From a virus (taxonomy: Duplodnaviria > Caudoviricetes): a DNA stretch of 60,481 bases. Every line of letters starts with the position of its first letter. Position 1 is the stretch's first letter. The notes beneath the pieces were generated by a model. It did not search any database. It was not told the DNA's origin and saw only the letters and a program-made list of their open reading frames with translations. The position numbers and the translations under genes were made by a program. The stretch is from positions 1-60,481 of IMG/VR virus record IMGVR_UViG_3300038462_000024; one strand, 5' to 3'. This document shows positions 7,753-15,746 of the stretch, one piece after another.

Positions 7753-9351
7753 ATGAAGCTTATTACTCGCCTATTGACTGGGCTGGCCCTGTTGCTGTTC
7801 GCGCCGGGGGCGCTCCTGGCCCAGACCTACCCTACCCAATTGCCCGTGTACATTCCGACTGCGGTAGAGCAGCCGACGATTCTCACGACAACTGGCGATG
7901 TGTATTTCACGGTTCAGGGGTTGAACACCGTCTCGGTGCAGTTCACCACTCTAACCGGCACGTTCACGGCTTCGGTTCAGGGGACCAATGAGGCCCCCTC
8001 AATTGCAAACGCCAGCGCCCATTGGTCGACGCTGAATATGACGCCACTGAATGGGGGGTCGACTGTCACCTCCGTTTCGACGGCGAGCACCTGGACGGTT
8101 GCATCGACGGGGCTTACTCGGCTGCGGGTTCATGTTTCGGCGCTTTCGACCGGCCCCATCACTGTTAACTTGGCTGGGACGCCGGGCGGCTCGGTTTCCT
8201 ATTCGGCGGGCTCGGTCGTGGTGACGGATGCGGAGGGCACCATTGCTCCCGGCACGGCCCCGGCTAATTCGCTGATCGCGGGGGGCACCTACAATAGTGC
8301 GGCCCCGACGTTTACGAACGGGCAATCGGGATCGCTGCAGCTAAACGCGGCGGGGCAGCTTATTGTCTCTGATGCTACCACCGAAGGCGTGATTACTGCG
8401 GCCACGGCCCCCACTAAGATGCAAATCGGCGGCGGCGTCTACACGGCGGCGGGTATCACATTGACCACAGGCCAGAGTGCGGCGCTGCAGGTTAATTCCA
8501 CGGGTCAGCTTACCGTTTCTGACGCCAGCACCGAAGGCGTGATTACGGCGGCTACCGCGCCAACCAAAATGCAACTCGGTGGTTTGGTTTACAATTCGGC
8601 GGCCCCGACGTTGACAAATGGCCAGAGCGCGGCGTTGCAGGCCACGGCGGCGGGACAGTTGTTAATTGCGGACGCAATTAACAACCTCACTGTAGGCGTA
8701 ATTACGGCGGCAACCGCGCCGGTGGACATGCAGTTGGGGGGTGCGGTTTACAATTCGGCGGCACCAACTTTGACTACTGGTCAGAGCGCGGCATTGCAGT
8801 CTAATGCTTCGGGCCAGCTTCTAGTTTCTGACACTGGCACTGAAGGCGTAATTACGGCGGCCACTGCGCCGACTAAGATGCAGGCAGTGGGTGCGGTTTA
8901 CAATTCCGCTGCCCCGACCCTGACCACGGGGCAGAGCGCGGCGTTGCAGGCGGATTCTTCGGGCAACCTGAAAGTTACTGCGACCGCCGATGCCGTTGTG
9001 GCGGCGGACCCCTGCCAGAGCCGCAACGTTGCCAAATCTTCGGTGTTGGCAATCATTTCCACGGCCACCACAACGGCACTAGTGCCCGTTTCGGGCAGCA
9101 AAGCGGTTTACGTCTGCGGTGTTTCGCTGGTCACTGGGACCGCCGATACGCTAAGCCTGGAATACGGCACGGGAACGGCTTGCGCCGCTGGCCCCTCCGC
9201 GCTCACCCCCGTGTATCCCGCAGCGACCATGGTCAACCTGGGTTTCGGCGGGGGGACGGTTGTTACAGCTCCTGCTTCAAACGGGCTGTGCGCGGTGTCC
9301 ACGGGCACCACGCCCTCTACCGAAGTGCTTGTTAGCTACGTTCAGCAGTAG
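7753..9351 (+). CDS. Signal-peptide-bearing Thr/Ala-rich repeat protein (fibre/adhesin-like)
   Basis: Sec-type signal ending ALLA/Q; five ~50-aa repeats (EGVITAATAPTKMQ...YNSAAPTLTTGQSAALQ); 4 Cys in the C-terminal domain. Confidence 0.8.
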   Translation: MKLITRLLTGLALLLFAPGALLAQTYPTQLPVYIPTAVEQPTILTTTGDVYFTVQGLNTVSVQFTTLTGTFTASVQGTNEAPSIANASAHWSTLNMTPLNGGSTVTSVSTASTWTVASTGLTRLRVHVSALSTGPITVNLAGTPGGSVSYSAGSVVVTDAEGTIAPGTAPANSLIAGGTYNSAAPTFTNGQSGSLQLNAAGQLIVSDATTEGVITAATAPTKMQIGGGVYTAAGITLTTGQSAALQVNSTGQLTVSDASTEGVITAATAPTKMQLGGLVYNSAAPTLTNGQSAALQATAAGQLLIADAINNLTVGVITAATAPVDMQLGGAVYNSAAPTLTTGQSAALQSNASGQLLVSDTGTEGVITAATAPTKMQAVGAVYNSAAPTLTTGQSAALQADSSGNLKVTATADAVVAADPCQSRNVAKSSVLAIISTATTTALVPVSGSKAVYVCGVSLVTGTADTLSLEYGTGTACAAGPSALTPVYPAATMVNLGFGGGTVVTAPASNGLCAVSTGTTPSTEVLVSYVQQ

Positions 9352-9366
9352 GGTTCCCGCAAGGGG

Positions 9367-9410
9367 CAGGCCGGGGGCTTAGTTTCCCTCACCTCCGGCC
9401 TGTTTTGTTT
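9367..9410 (+). terminator. Putative intrinsic terminator just upstream of terL
   Basis: CAGGCCGGGGG/CCTCCGGCCTG stem followed by TTTTGTTT. Confidence 0.5.
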
Positions 9411-9418
9411 GGGTTTGA

Positions 9419-11050
9419 ATGTCCGTTGCTTCTTCCATAGTTGACCGTTACCAGTTGATGGCCCGGATTGGCCTCAACCCGGACGCGATAGCTGTAGAGT
9501 TGGAAGTTTGCCGACGCGACATTTACCATTGGTTCGACTCCTGGTGCTGGACATACGACCCCCGCCGGGTTGCGGGCCAGGGGTTGACGGCGGAAAAGGG
9601 CCTGGCCCACATTCCCCTCGATCTGTTCGAGCGCCAGCGGGAATTGGTGGCTTGGACCGAAGAGCGAATATCGCTAGCGGAAGACGGGCTTTGCGAGAAA
9701 AGCCGCGATATTGGTTTCACTTGGGTTATGGGGGCTGTGGCCCTGCACAAGTGGTTGTTCGTTCCCGGTTTCAAGACCACATTTGGTTCCCGCAAAGAAG
9801 AATATGTAGATAAAATCGGCGATCCGGATTCGATCCTCGAAAAAATCCGGATGTTGCAACGGGGGTTCCCGCGCTGGATGATGCCCAGGGGGTGGGACCC
9901 TCAGAAACATGACAACTTCCTGCGCCTGTATAATCCCTCCAACGACAACCTGATACGGGGCGAGGCAGGGGACCAGATGGGGCGCGGCGGGCGCTCCACG
10001 CTTTACATAATTGACGAGGCGGCGTTTATTGAACGCGCGGACCGGGTGGAAGCATCCACCTCCGCGAATACTGATATCCGCATCTGGGGGTCATCAGTTA
10101 ACGGCATGGGCAATCTGTTTGCCCGCAAGCGGTTCGGGGGGTCGCTACACCCCCGGCAGATTTTCCGATACCATTACTTGCACGACCCCCGCAAGACCCC
10201 GGAGTGGATCGAGAAAAAGCGCCGGTCGTTGGAAGCCCACGTTTGGGCGTCGGAATACGAACTTGATTATTCCGCCTCGGTTGAGGGGATTTGCATCCCG
10301 GCTAAGTGGGTTGAGGCCGCCAAGATAATTAAAACCCTGGTTGAGATAATCCCTCACACTCGCGGCGTCGCGGGGGGCGACGTGGGGGCAGGCCGCGCTC
10401 AGTCCGTGGTGGTTTGCCGGTTTGGTCCAGTGGTTAGGCGGCCATGTGCGTGGGGCGAGCCGGACACTATTGAAACCGCGCACCGGATGGTGGATTTCGC
10501 TAAGCTGCAGACGTTCGTGCGGGAGGATGGCTGGCAGTGTTCGGTAGGCGAACTGCTTTATGATAACGTTGGTGTTGGCCGGGGCACAGGCGATGCGCTT
10601 AAGCGGCAAGATAAGCTCCCTTGCAAGGGTGTTAATGTGGGCATCCCCGCGTCTAAGACGATGTGGCCGGATGGGGAGACTTCGCAGGAGAAGTTTGTAA
10701 ATCTCAAGGCGGAGGCTTGGTGGATTACCCGCGAGCAGTTTAAGCGAACTTATGAGATGGTGCTGTTTATGCAGGGGAAACCCGGAGGCCAGGAACACGA
10801 GGCGTCAACCTTGATCTCGCTTCCGGACGACACTGAAGGGCCGGAGGCGATGGCCTTGGCAGGTCAGATTTCGTTGGTCAAGTGGCAGCGGGATGAAAAG
10901 GGCAAGATTCAGATAGAGTCGAAGCAGCATCTGGCGATGCGGGGGATAGCGTCCCCGGATTATGCGGACGCACTAATATTAACCAATGCCCGGATTTCCA
11001 CGCTGTCCACGTGGGAGGCGATGGCTGGAGCAGGAAACGCACTGTTTTAA
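9419..11050 (+). CDS. terL: Terminase large subunit
   Basis: EKSRDIGFTW (Walker A-like), IIDEAAF (Walker B); nuclease motifs GGDVG, YDNVGVG, SPDYADAL. Confidence 0.93.
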   Translation: MSVASSIVDRYQLMARIGLNPDAIAVELEVCRRDIYHWFDSWCWTYDPRRVAGQGLTAEKGLAHIPLDLFERQRELVAWTEERISLAEDGLCEKSRDIGFTWVMGAVALHKWLFVPGFKTTFGSRKEEYVDKIGDPDSILEKIRMLQRGFPRWMMPRGWDPQKHDNFLRLYNPSNDNLIRGEAGDQMGRGGRSTLYIIDEAAFIERADRVEASTSANTDIRIWGSSVNGMGNLFARKRFGGSLHPRQIFRYHYLHDPRKTPEWIEKKRRSLEAHVWASEYELDYSASVEGICIPAKWVEAAKIIKTLVEIIPHTRGVAGGDVGAGRAQSVVVCRFGPVVRRPCAWGEPDTIETAHRMVDFAKLQTFVREDGWQCSVGELLYDNVGVGRGTGDALKRQDKLPCKGVNVGIPASKTMWPDGETSQEKFVNLKAEAWWITREQFKRTYEMVLFMQGKPGGQEHEASTLISLPDDTEGPEAMALAGQISLVKWQRDEKGKIQIESKQHLAMRGIASPDYADALILTNARISTLSTWEAMAGAGNALF

Positions 11051-13158
11051 TGGCTACAATTCGCCCCAAATCGCCAGTTCAAAAAGCCGCCGTTCGCGCC
11101 AAGCGGGATGAAACCCGCTTAAGGAATCTGACTACGGCGGCGGGCGCGCCGGAAATTCCGGCGCTGGCTGAGGAGGCCCGAGAATTCTTGCGCGGCGCGG
11201 CGGTCAATGACGAAGCGGCAACTCGCACGTTGGATTCCTTTAATAACTTTATTCTTCAGCTCGGTACGGATACCGATAATGCGCTGTCTGCGTCCACTTA
11301 TGGTTTCAACCCGATTACTCGCATCCGGACCCTACTGGAGTGGATACACCGGGGGTCATGGTTGGGGGGCGTGGCGGTCGATTTGGTCGCCGAAGACATG
11401 GTGAAGATGGGCATCCAGTTCACCGGAGAGATTCCGCCCGATGACATTGAGAAGCTGCAGCGGGGGTTGGTCGATCTCGGCGTGTGGGAGGCGGTTTGCG
11501 ATACGGTGAAGTGGGGCCGCCTGTATGGGGGCGCGCTCGGCGTGATACTAATTGACGGTCAGAAACTAGATTCTCCGTTGCGGATTGATACGGTGGGCAA
11601 GGGACAGTTTAAGGGCCTGTTGTCTCTGGACCGCTGGATGGTCGAGCCGGACTTAGTTAATCTGGTGGATGATTACGGCCCTGCCCTGGGCTTACCCGCG
11701 TATTACCGGGTAACGTCCGACGCGCCCGCCTTAAACCTCAAGGTTATCCACTATTCCCGGTGTTTGCGGGTTGAGGGGATCAAGCTTCCCTATTGGCAGC
11801 GGGTGATGGAAAACCTGTGGGGGATTTCGGTGCTGGAGCGGCTCTATGATCGGATGGTTGCCTTTGATGCGGCCACCCAAGGGGCTGCGCAGCTTGTTCA
11901 TAAGATGTTCATCCGGATTTACAAGGTTAAGGGGCTCCGCGAGATCGCGTCGAGTAATACTAAGGCCCTGGCGGGGCTAATGGCATACCTTCAGATTATG
12001 CGCCGGGCGCAGTCTAATGAAGGTATCACGATGATCGATTCAGAGGATGATTATGTCCCTCACCAGCAGACCGTTAACACGGGCATTTCGGACACCTTGG
12101 CCCGGTTAGGCGAGCAGATTTGCGGCGCGCTGCAGATGCCAGGGGTGCGGCTATTCGGAACCTCGCCGGGCGGCCTCAACTCCTCCGGCGATTTCGAATT
12201 GCGGATGTACTACGATGGCATCCGTTTGCAGCAGAACCAAAAACTGAAAGTCCCCCTCACCACAATTATCCGGGTGCTGGCGAAATCGTTGGAGGTAGCG
12301 CTACCCAAGGTTTGGGATTTTGATTTCACCCCGCTTTGGCAGATGACGGAGGAGCAGAAAGCGCAAATTGCGTCCACTGACGCGGCGACCGTCGTTCAGG
12401 CGGAAGAGCGCAACCTAGTGTCGCAAAAGACCGCGATGAAGGAATTGAAGCAATCCTCGATTGTCACGGGCCGGTTTAGTAATATTACGGAAGACGACAT
12501 TGAGGCGGCGGATGACTCCATCGAGCCCCCGCAAGCCGAAGAGATGATGGGCGGTGCGGGCGTCGGCATGGGGGGTGAGGACGGCCCGGAGCCCGAGCGG
12601 GAGGGCGCGCCCGTCCCGAAGGCCGATAAGGGTCCGGCGGGGGGACGTGTTCGCGCCGCGAGTGTGCGGGACGCGGAGTGGGCGTGGCGAGCGGCGCGGG
12701 GGGCGCGCGGGCTACCAATTACGGATTTTCAAGGGGTGCCGGTAGTTATCGAGTGCCCGAAAGGCGACGTGCGCTGGCCGGGCGGCCCGCAGTGGCCAGT
12801 GGATTACGGGTATATTCGGGGCACGGTGAGCGCGGAGGGGCCGGACGAGGCGATTGACTGCTTCGTTGGGGACGACCGGGACTCAGATAGGGCGTTTATT
12901 GTTAATCATTTCACTGAAGAAGGCAAGTTCGAGGAACACAAGGTGTTCCTGGGGTATAGCAGCGTGCTGGGTGTTTTCAACGACTATCGGGAATCGTACG
13001 GGCGAGTGGTTCAGCGGCCGGAGGACGGCCCCCGCTATGTACAGGTCCCCGTGGTGGAATTGGTGGCGTACCTCCGATCGATTGACCCCGTGTTGCCCTT
13101 GGAACCGGTGGAAAACCCGCACTTGGGACCGGACGAACTGAAGACCGTTCATGCTTGA
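11050..13158 (+). CDS. Portal protein (DUF1073-like) with C-terminal inorganic pyrophosphatase-like domain
   Basis: KWGRLYGG, WGISVL, LFGTSPGGLNSSG portal motifs; C-terminal IECPKG...DYGYIRGT...DCFVG...EEHKVFLGY. Confidence 0.9.
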   Translation: MATIRPKSPVQKAAVRAKRDETRLRNLTTAAGAPEIPALAEEAREFLRGAAVNDEAATRTLDSFNNFILQLGTDTDNALSASTYGFNPITRIRTLLEWIHRGSWLGGVAVDLVAEDMVKMGIQFTGEIPPDDIEKLQRGLVDLGVWEAVCDTVKWGRLYGGALGVILIDGQKLDSPLRIDTVGKGQFKGLLSLDRWMVEPDLVNLVDDYGPALGLPAYYRVTSDAPALNLKVIHYSRCLRVEGIKLPYWQRVMENLWGISVLERLYDRMVAFDAATQGAAQLVHKMFIRIYKVKGLREIASSNTKALAGLMAYLQIMRRAQSNEGITMIDSEDDYVPHQQTVNTGISDTLARLGEQICGALQMPGVRLFGTSPGGLNSSGDFELRMYYDGIRLQQNQKLKVPLTTIIRVLAKSLEVALPKVWDFDFTPLWQMTEEQKAQIASTDAATVVQAEERNLVSQKTAMKELKQSSIVTGRFSNITEDDIEAADDSIEPPQAEEMMGGAGVGMGGEDGPEPEREGAPVPKADKGPAGGRVRAASVRDAEWAWRAARGARGLPITDFQGVPVVIECPKGDVRWPGGPQWPVDYGYIRGTVSAEGPDEAIDCFVGDDRDSDRAFIVNHFTEEGKFEEHKVFLGYSSVLGVFNDYRESYGRVVQRPEDGPRYVQVPVVELVAYLRSIDPVLPLEPVENPHLGPDELKTVHA

Positions 13159-13642
13159 TAGACACAGGAAAGGGGTGGGCATGGTTTGGCCCGTTCAGGC
13201 AGACATGCAGTCGTTTTACGGGAAGCCGGGGGAAAACTTGGTTTCCTTGACACCCCCCTTTAAGATGACGTACGGGGGCAGGCTAATTACGCATTTTTCG
13301 GTTAATTCCCGCTGTAGGGACAGTTTGGCGCGGGTATTGGCAACTGTTTGGGCAAAAGCCGGGCAAAAGCAGGCAACCGTGGATGATTGGGGCGTGTCGG
13401 TTTTTGCCGGGTGCTACAATGACCGGTCGATTTTGGGTAGCGGGCATCTTTCCTGCCATGCGTATGCGGCGGCCATTGACCTCGATCCGGAGCGGAACCC
13501 GTACGGCCACGATGTTCACGCCCGGCATTTCGTTGCGGGCTGCGCGGTTGTGGAGGCATTCAAGGGTGAGGGCTGGATTTGGGGGGGCGATTGGAGCGGG
13601 CCATATGACCCAATGCATTTTCAGGCCGCGCGGGTACGGTAG
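13151..13642 (+). CDS. M15-family peptidoglycan endopeptidase (endolysin candidate)
   Basis: YNDR...SCHAYAAAIDLD...WGGDW..DPMHFQ. Confidence 0.88.
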   Translation: MLDRHRKGVGMVWPVQADMQSFYGKPGENLVSLTPPFKMTYGGRLITHFSVNSRCRDSLARVLATVWAKAGQKQATVDDWGVSVFAGCYNDRSILGSGHLSCHAYAAAIDLDPERNPYGHDVHARHFVAGCAVVEAFKGEGWIWGGDWSGPYDPMHFQAARVR

Positions 13643-13650
13643 CATTTACA

Positions 13651-13680
13651 CTTGACGGCTGACGCCCCCTCTGCTTAAGT
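13651..13680 (+). promoter_or_regulatory. Putative promoter directly upstream of the tRNA-like element
   Basis: CTTGACG-N17-TTAAGT; same style as the promoter candidate at 48286-48315. Confidence 0.5.
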
Positions 13681-13684
13681 AAAG

Positions 13685-13742
13685 GGGGCGGGCCGGATGC
13701 GCTAGCTGTCTCAGCTATGGAGTTTGAGTCTCCACCGCCTCG
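13685..13742 (+). ncRNA. Miniature tRNA-like RNA lacking a D-stem
   Basis: 7-bp acceptor-like stem GGGGCGG/CCGCCTC; 5-bp T-stem TGGAG/CTCCA with 7-nt loop TTTGAGT; central hairpin TAGCTG-TCT-CAGCTA. Confidence 0.55.
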
Positions 13743-13757
13743 CCCTCGGAGAGGTAA

Positions 13758-14252
13758 GTGGTAGTTAAAAACGAGTGTGAATGGTGCGGTGATCCAACCA
13801 AGCCGGGGCGCAAGTTCTGCTCTAAGGAACACGCGCGAGAGTTCGCGGCGGATGTCCGGAAAGAAGCGTTCTTAGCGGCGGGGATTATGCCCGCTTTCTG
13901 TTTGCACTGCGGTAAGCTACTGCCAATGCGGCGCAGTAACTACTGCAATCAGGGGTGCCTGCGGGAACACAAGGCAAAGACCCCCTCAACGCCCCGGATT
14001 AAGCGCGGGCTTTGCCTGCCTAAGGGGCAGGCTATCATGTCCAAGGAACAGTTGGAGGCCTTGGCGCGAGAGGTCGTGCGGCTTGGGATTACGCGGGCGG
14101 CGGGGGAATTTGGATTGACCGCATCGCAGGCTATGGGCCGCCTATGGCGCAAGGGATACTCGTTCAACAAGGGAAAGCCCATCTCTGCCCCCTCAAATTG
14201 CGGCTTGACAAAGGCTGTCAAGGTATGTTTTAATAACGGGGTAGTGGTTTAA
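13758..14252 (+). CDS. Zinc-finger protein with C-terminal GcrA-like HTH
   Basis: CEWC...FCS and CLHC...YCNQGC; AAGEFGLTASQAMGRLWRKG resembles the GcrA N-terminal HTH. Confidence 0.6.
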   Translation: MVVKNECEWCGDPTKPGRKFCSKEHAREFAADVRKEAFLAAGIMPAFCLHCGKLLPMRRSNYCNQGCLREHKAKTPSTPRIKRGLCLPKGQAIMSKEQLEALAREVVRLGITRAAGEFGLTASQAMGRLWRKGYSFNKGKPISAPSNCGLTKAVKVCFNNGVVV

Positions 14253-14264
14253 ACGGGTGTCAAG

Positions 14265-14573
14265 ATGGAACATAGGGAAATAGACGAGTTGCGCCGGTAT
14301 GTTTGGGAAACGGCAGCAGAATTTGAGGTGGAGCTGCTTAGCCTCGCGGAGTTGATTGCTAGGCTGCAGGGGGTGGAGGCTACAATTCCCTCTTCGGGAA
14401 AAGCGACCGCTTCGCTCCAATGGCGATATGGTGAAGGCTGGGTAGCGGTGAGGGTCAGTTACATGCGGCCGGAAACTGACGAGGAGTGCGCGCGGCGGGT
14501 TGGCACTGAAAGGGAATTCGGTGCGATTCTGGCTCGGATGCGGGCAGAGGAAGGTCAAGGACTAGCCAGATGA
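14265..14573 (+). CDS. Hypothetical protein
   Basis: 102-aa ORF coupled to the next gene; preceded by palindromic CTTGACA-AAGGC-TGTCAAG promoter candidate at 14204-14222. Confidence 0.65.
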   Translation: MEHREIDELRRYVWETAAEFEVELLSLAELIARLQGVEATIPSSGKATASLQWRYGEGWVAVRVSYMRPETDEECARRVGTEREFGAILARMRAEEGQGLAR

Positions 14574-14983
14574 AAACATTGGCGGACGTAAATCGGGCTA
14601 ACCAGGCGTTTTGGAACCGGGGGACGCAGGACGCACAGAAACACGAGCCTGCGGGTTCGTCAAAGGGCGGTCAGTTTACTTCGGGTGGAGGTTCGGCGGG
14701 CGGCAAGGCTCCTGACCCTAAGCGCGCTAAACCCGGTAAAGGCGGCAGCAAGCCTAATTTTGGCCATGTCTCTTCCATGGGAAAGAATGCCGAAAAGGTG
14801 AAGCCGTTTAACTCCCGCGCTGACGCTGAAGCTGAAGCTGAAGCGGTCCGATTAGGGGGGCAACACGGTAAAGAATACCAGTTTACTGTTAGTCAGGGAT
14901 ATGCCCCGGATGACCCCCGCAAACCGGAATACCATGTTAATGTCAAGGTAGAGGGCAAGAATAGGGGAATGTTGTTTAAATGA
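14570..14983 (+). CDS. Putative capsid-internal protein with scaffold-like N-terminal helix
   Basis: MKTLADVNRANQAFW resembles the scaffold C-terminus; TQD/AQKHEPAGSSKGGQF motif variant. Confidence 0.7.
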   Translation: MKTLADVNRANQAFWNRGTQDAQKHEPAGSSKGGQFTSGGGSAGGKAPDPKRAKPGKGGSKPNFGHVSSMGKNAEKVKPFNSRADAEAEAEAVRLGGQHGKEYQFTVSQGYAPDDPRKPEYHVNVKVEGKNRGMLFK

Positions 14984-15366
14984 CCCGCAAGGCCCGGAAT
15001 TATCACGTCCATATTCACGTGAACGATGAGATAACCGGGTTTCTTACCGGCAACTCGGATAAGCGCCAGCAACCGGGCGGGCCGAATTTCGAATTGTACC
15101 GATCGTCAACTGGTATTCAGGACCAACAGGAATTGGATAAAACGGCAGACCTGATCGCGGCACAGGCCAGGGCTGAGCGGGCTAAGGCGGTCCGGGTGAA
15201 GGCGTCGGGCGCGGTGGAGTGGCAGGGGAGCCGGGGGTTGACTTCGGTTAATCTGTACCACGGGCGGCGCGCGGGGGTAACGAAAGAGGACTTGGAATAC
15301 ATGGTGCTCAAGCTGAAAGGCTTGGGGCTGGAAGTCCGGATATCGACGGCCACAGATAGGAAATAA
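14980..15366 (+). CDS. Putative capsid-internal protein with HVHIH motif
   Basis: N-terminal YHVHIHVND shared with the scaffold and other head-region proteins. Confidence 0.7.
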   Translation: MTRKARNYHVHIHVNDEITGFLTGNSDKRQQPGGPNFELYRSSTGIQDQQELDKTADLIAAQARAERAKAVRVKASGAVEWQGSRGLTSVNLYHGRRAGVTKEDLEYMVLKLKGLGLEVRISTATDRK

Positions 15367-15368
15367 CC

Positions 15369-15740
15369 ATGCACCAGGACACTGATTTGGTCAAGGCCAT
15401 CAAGGATTTAACCCGAGCCGTTTTGGCTCAAACTTCGGAGGAGAGACTACTCATGACTGCAATGGAAGACCTTCAGGCGGCGCTCGTCGCCACCCAGACC
15501 TCGCTTACCAATATCCAGACGGCCATCGGCGGTGCGACTGCCGCTATTACCAACGCTTCGGCGGACATTACGGCCCTGGCCGCCCAGCTTGCGGCGGCGC
15601 TTGCCGCTGGCGATCCGGTGGCTGTTGAGGCGGCGGCTCAGGCGTTTAATACGGCGGCGGCAAGCCTTGACTTGGCGGCTACGGGGCTTAATGACGCGGT
15701 TACGGCAGCCAATATCCCAGTTCCCGCAGCGGCTGCTTAA
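15369..15740 (+). CDS. Ala-rich coiled-coil protein
   Basis: Heptad Leu/Ala pattern; start at 15369 or 15453. Confidence 0.7.
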   Translation: MHQDTDLVKAIKDLTRAVLAQTSEERLLMTAMEDLQAALVATQTSLTNIQTAIGGATAAITNASADITALAAQLAAALAAGDPVAVEAAAQAFNTAAASLDLAATGLNDAVTAANIPVPAAAA

Positions 15741-15746
15741 ACCTCA

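Noticed and set aside
13685-13745. Canonical tRNA-Arg(TCT)
   Set aside because: No D-stem, too short, no U33, T-loop is TTTGAGT and no CCA; kept only as tRNA-like
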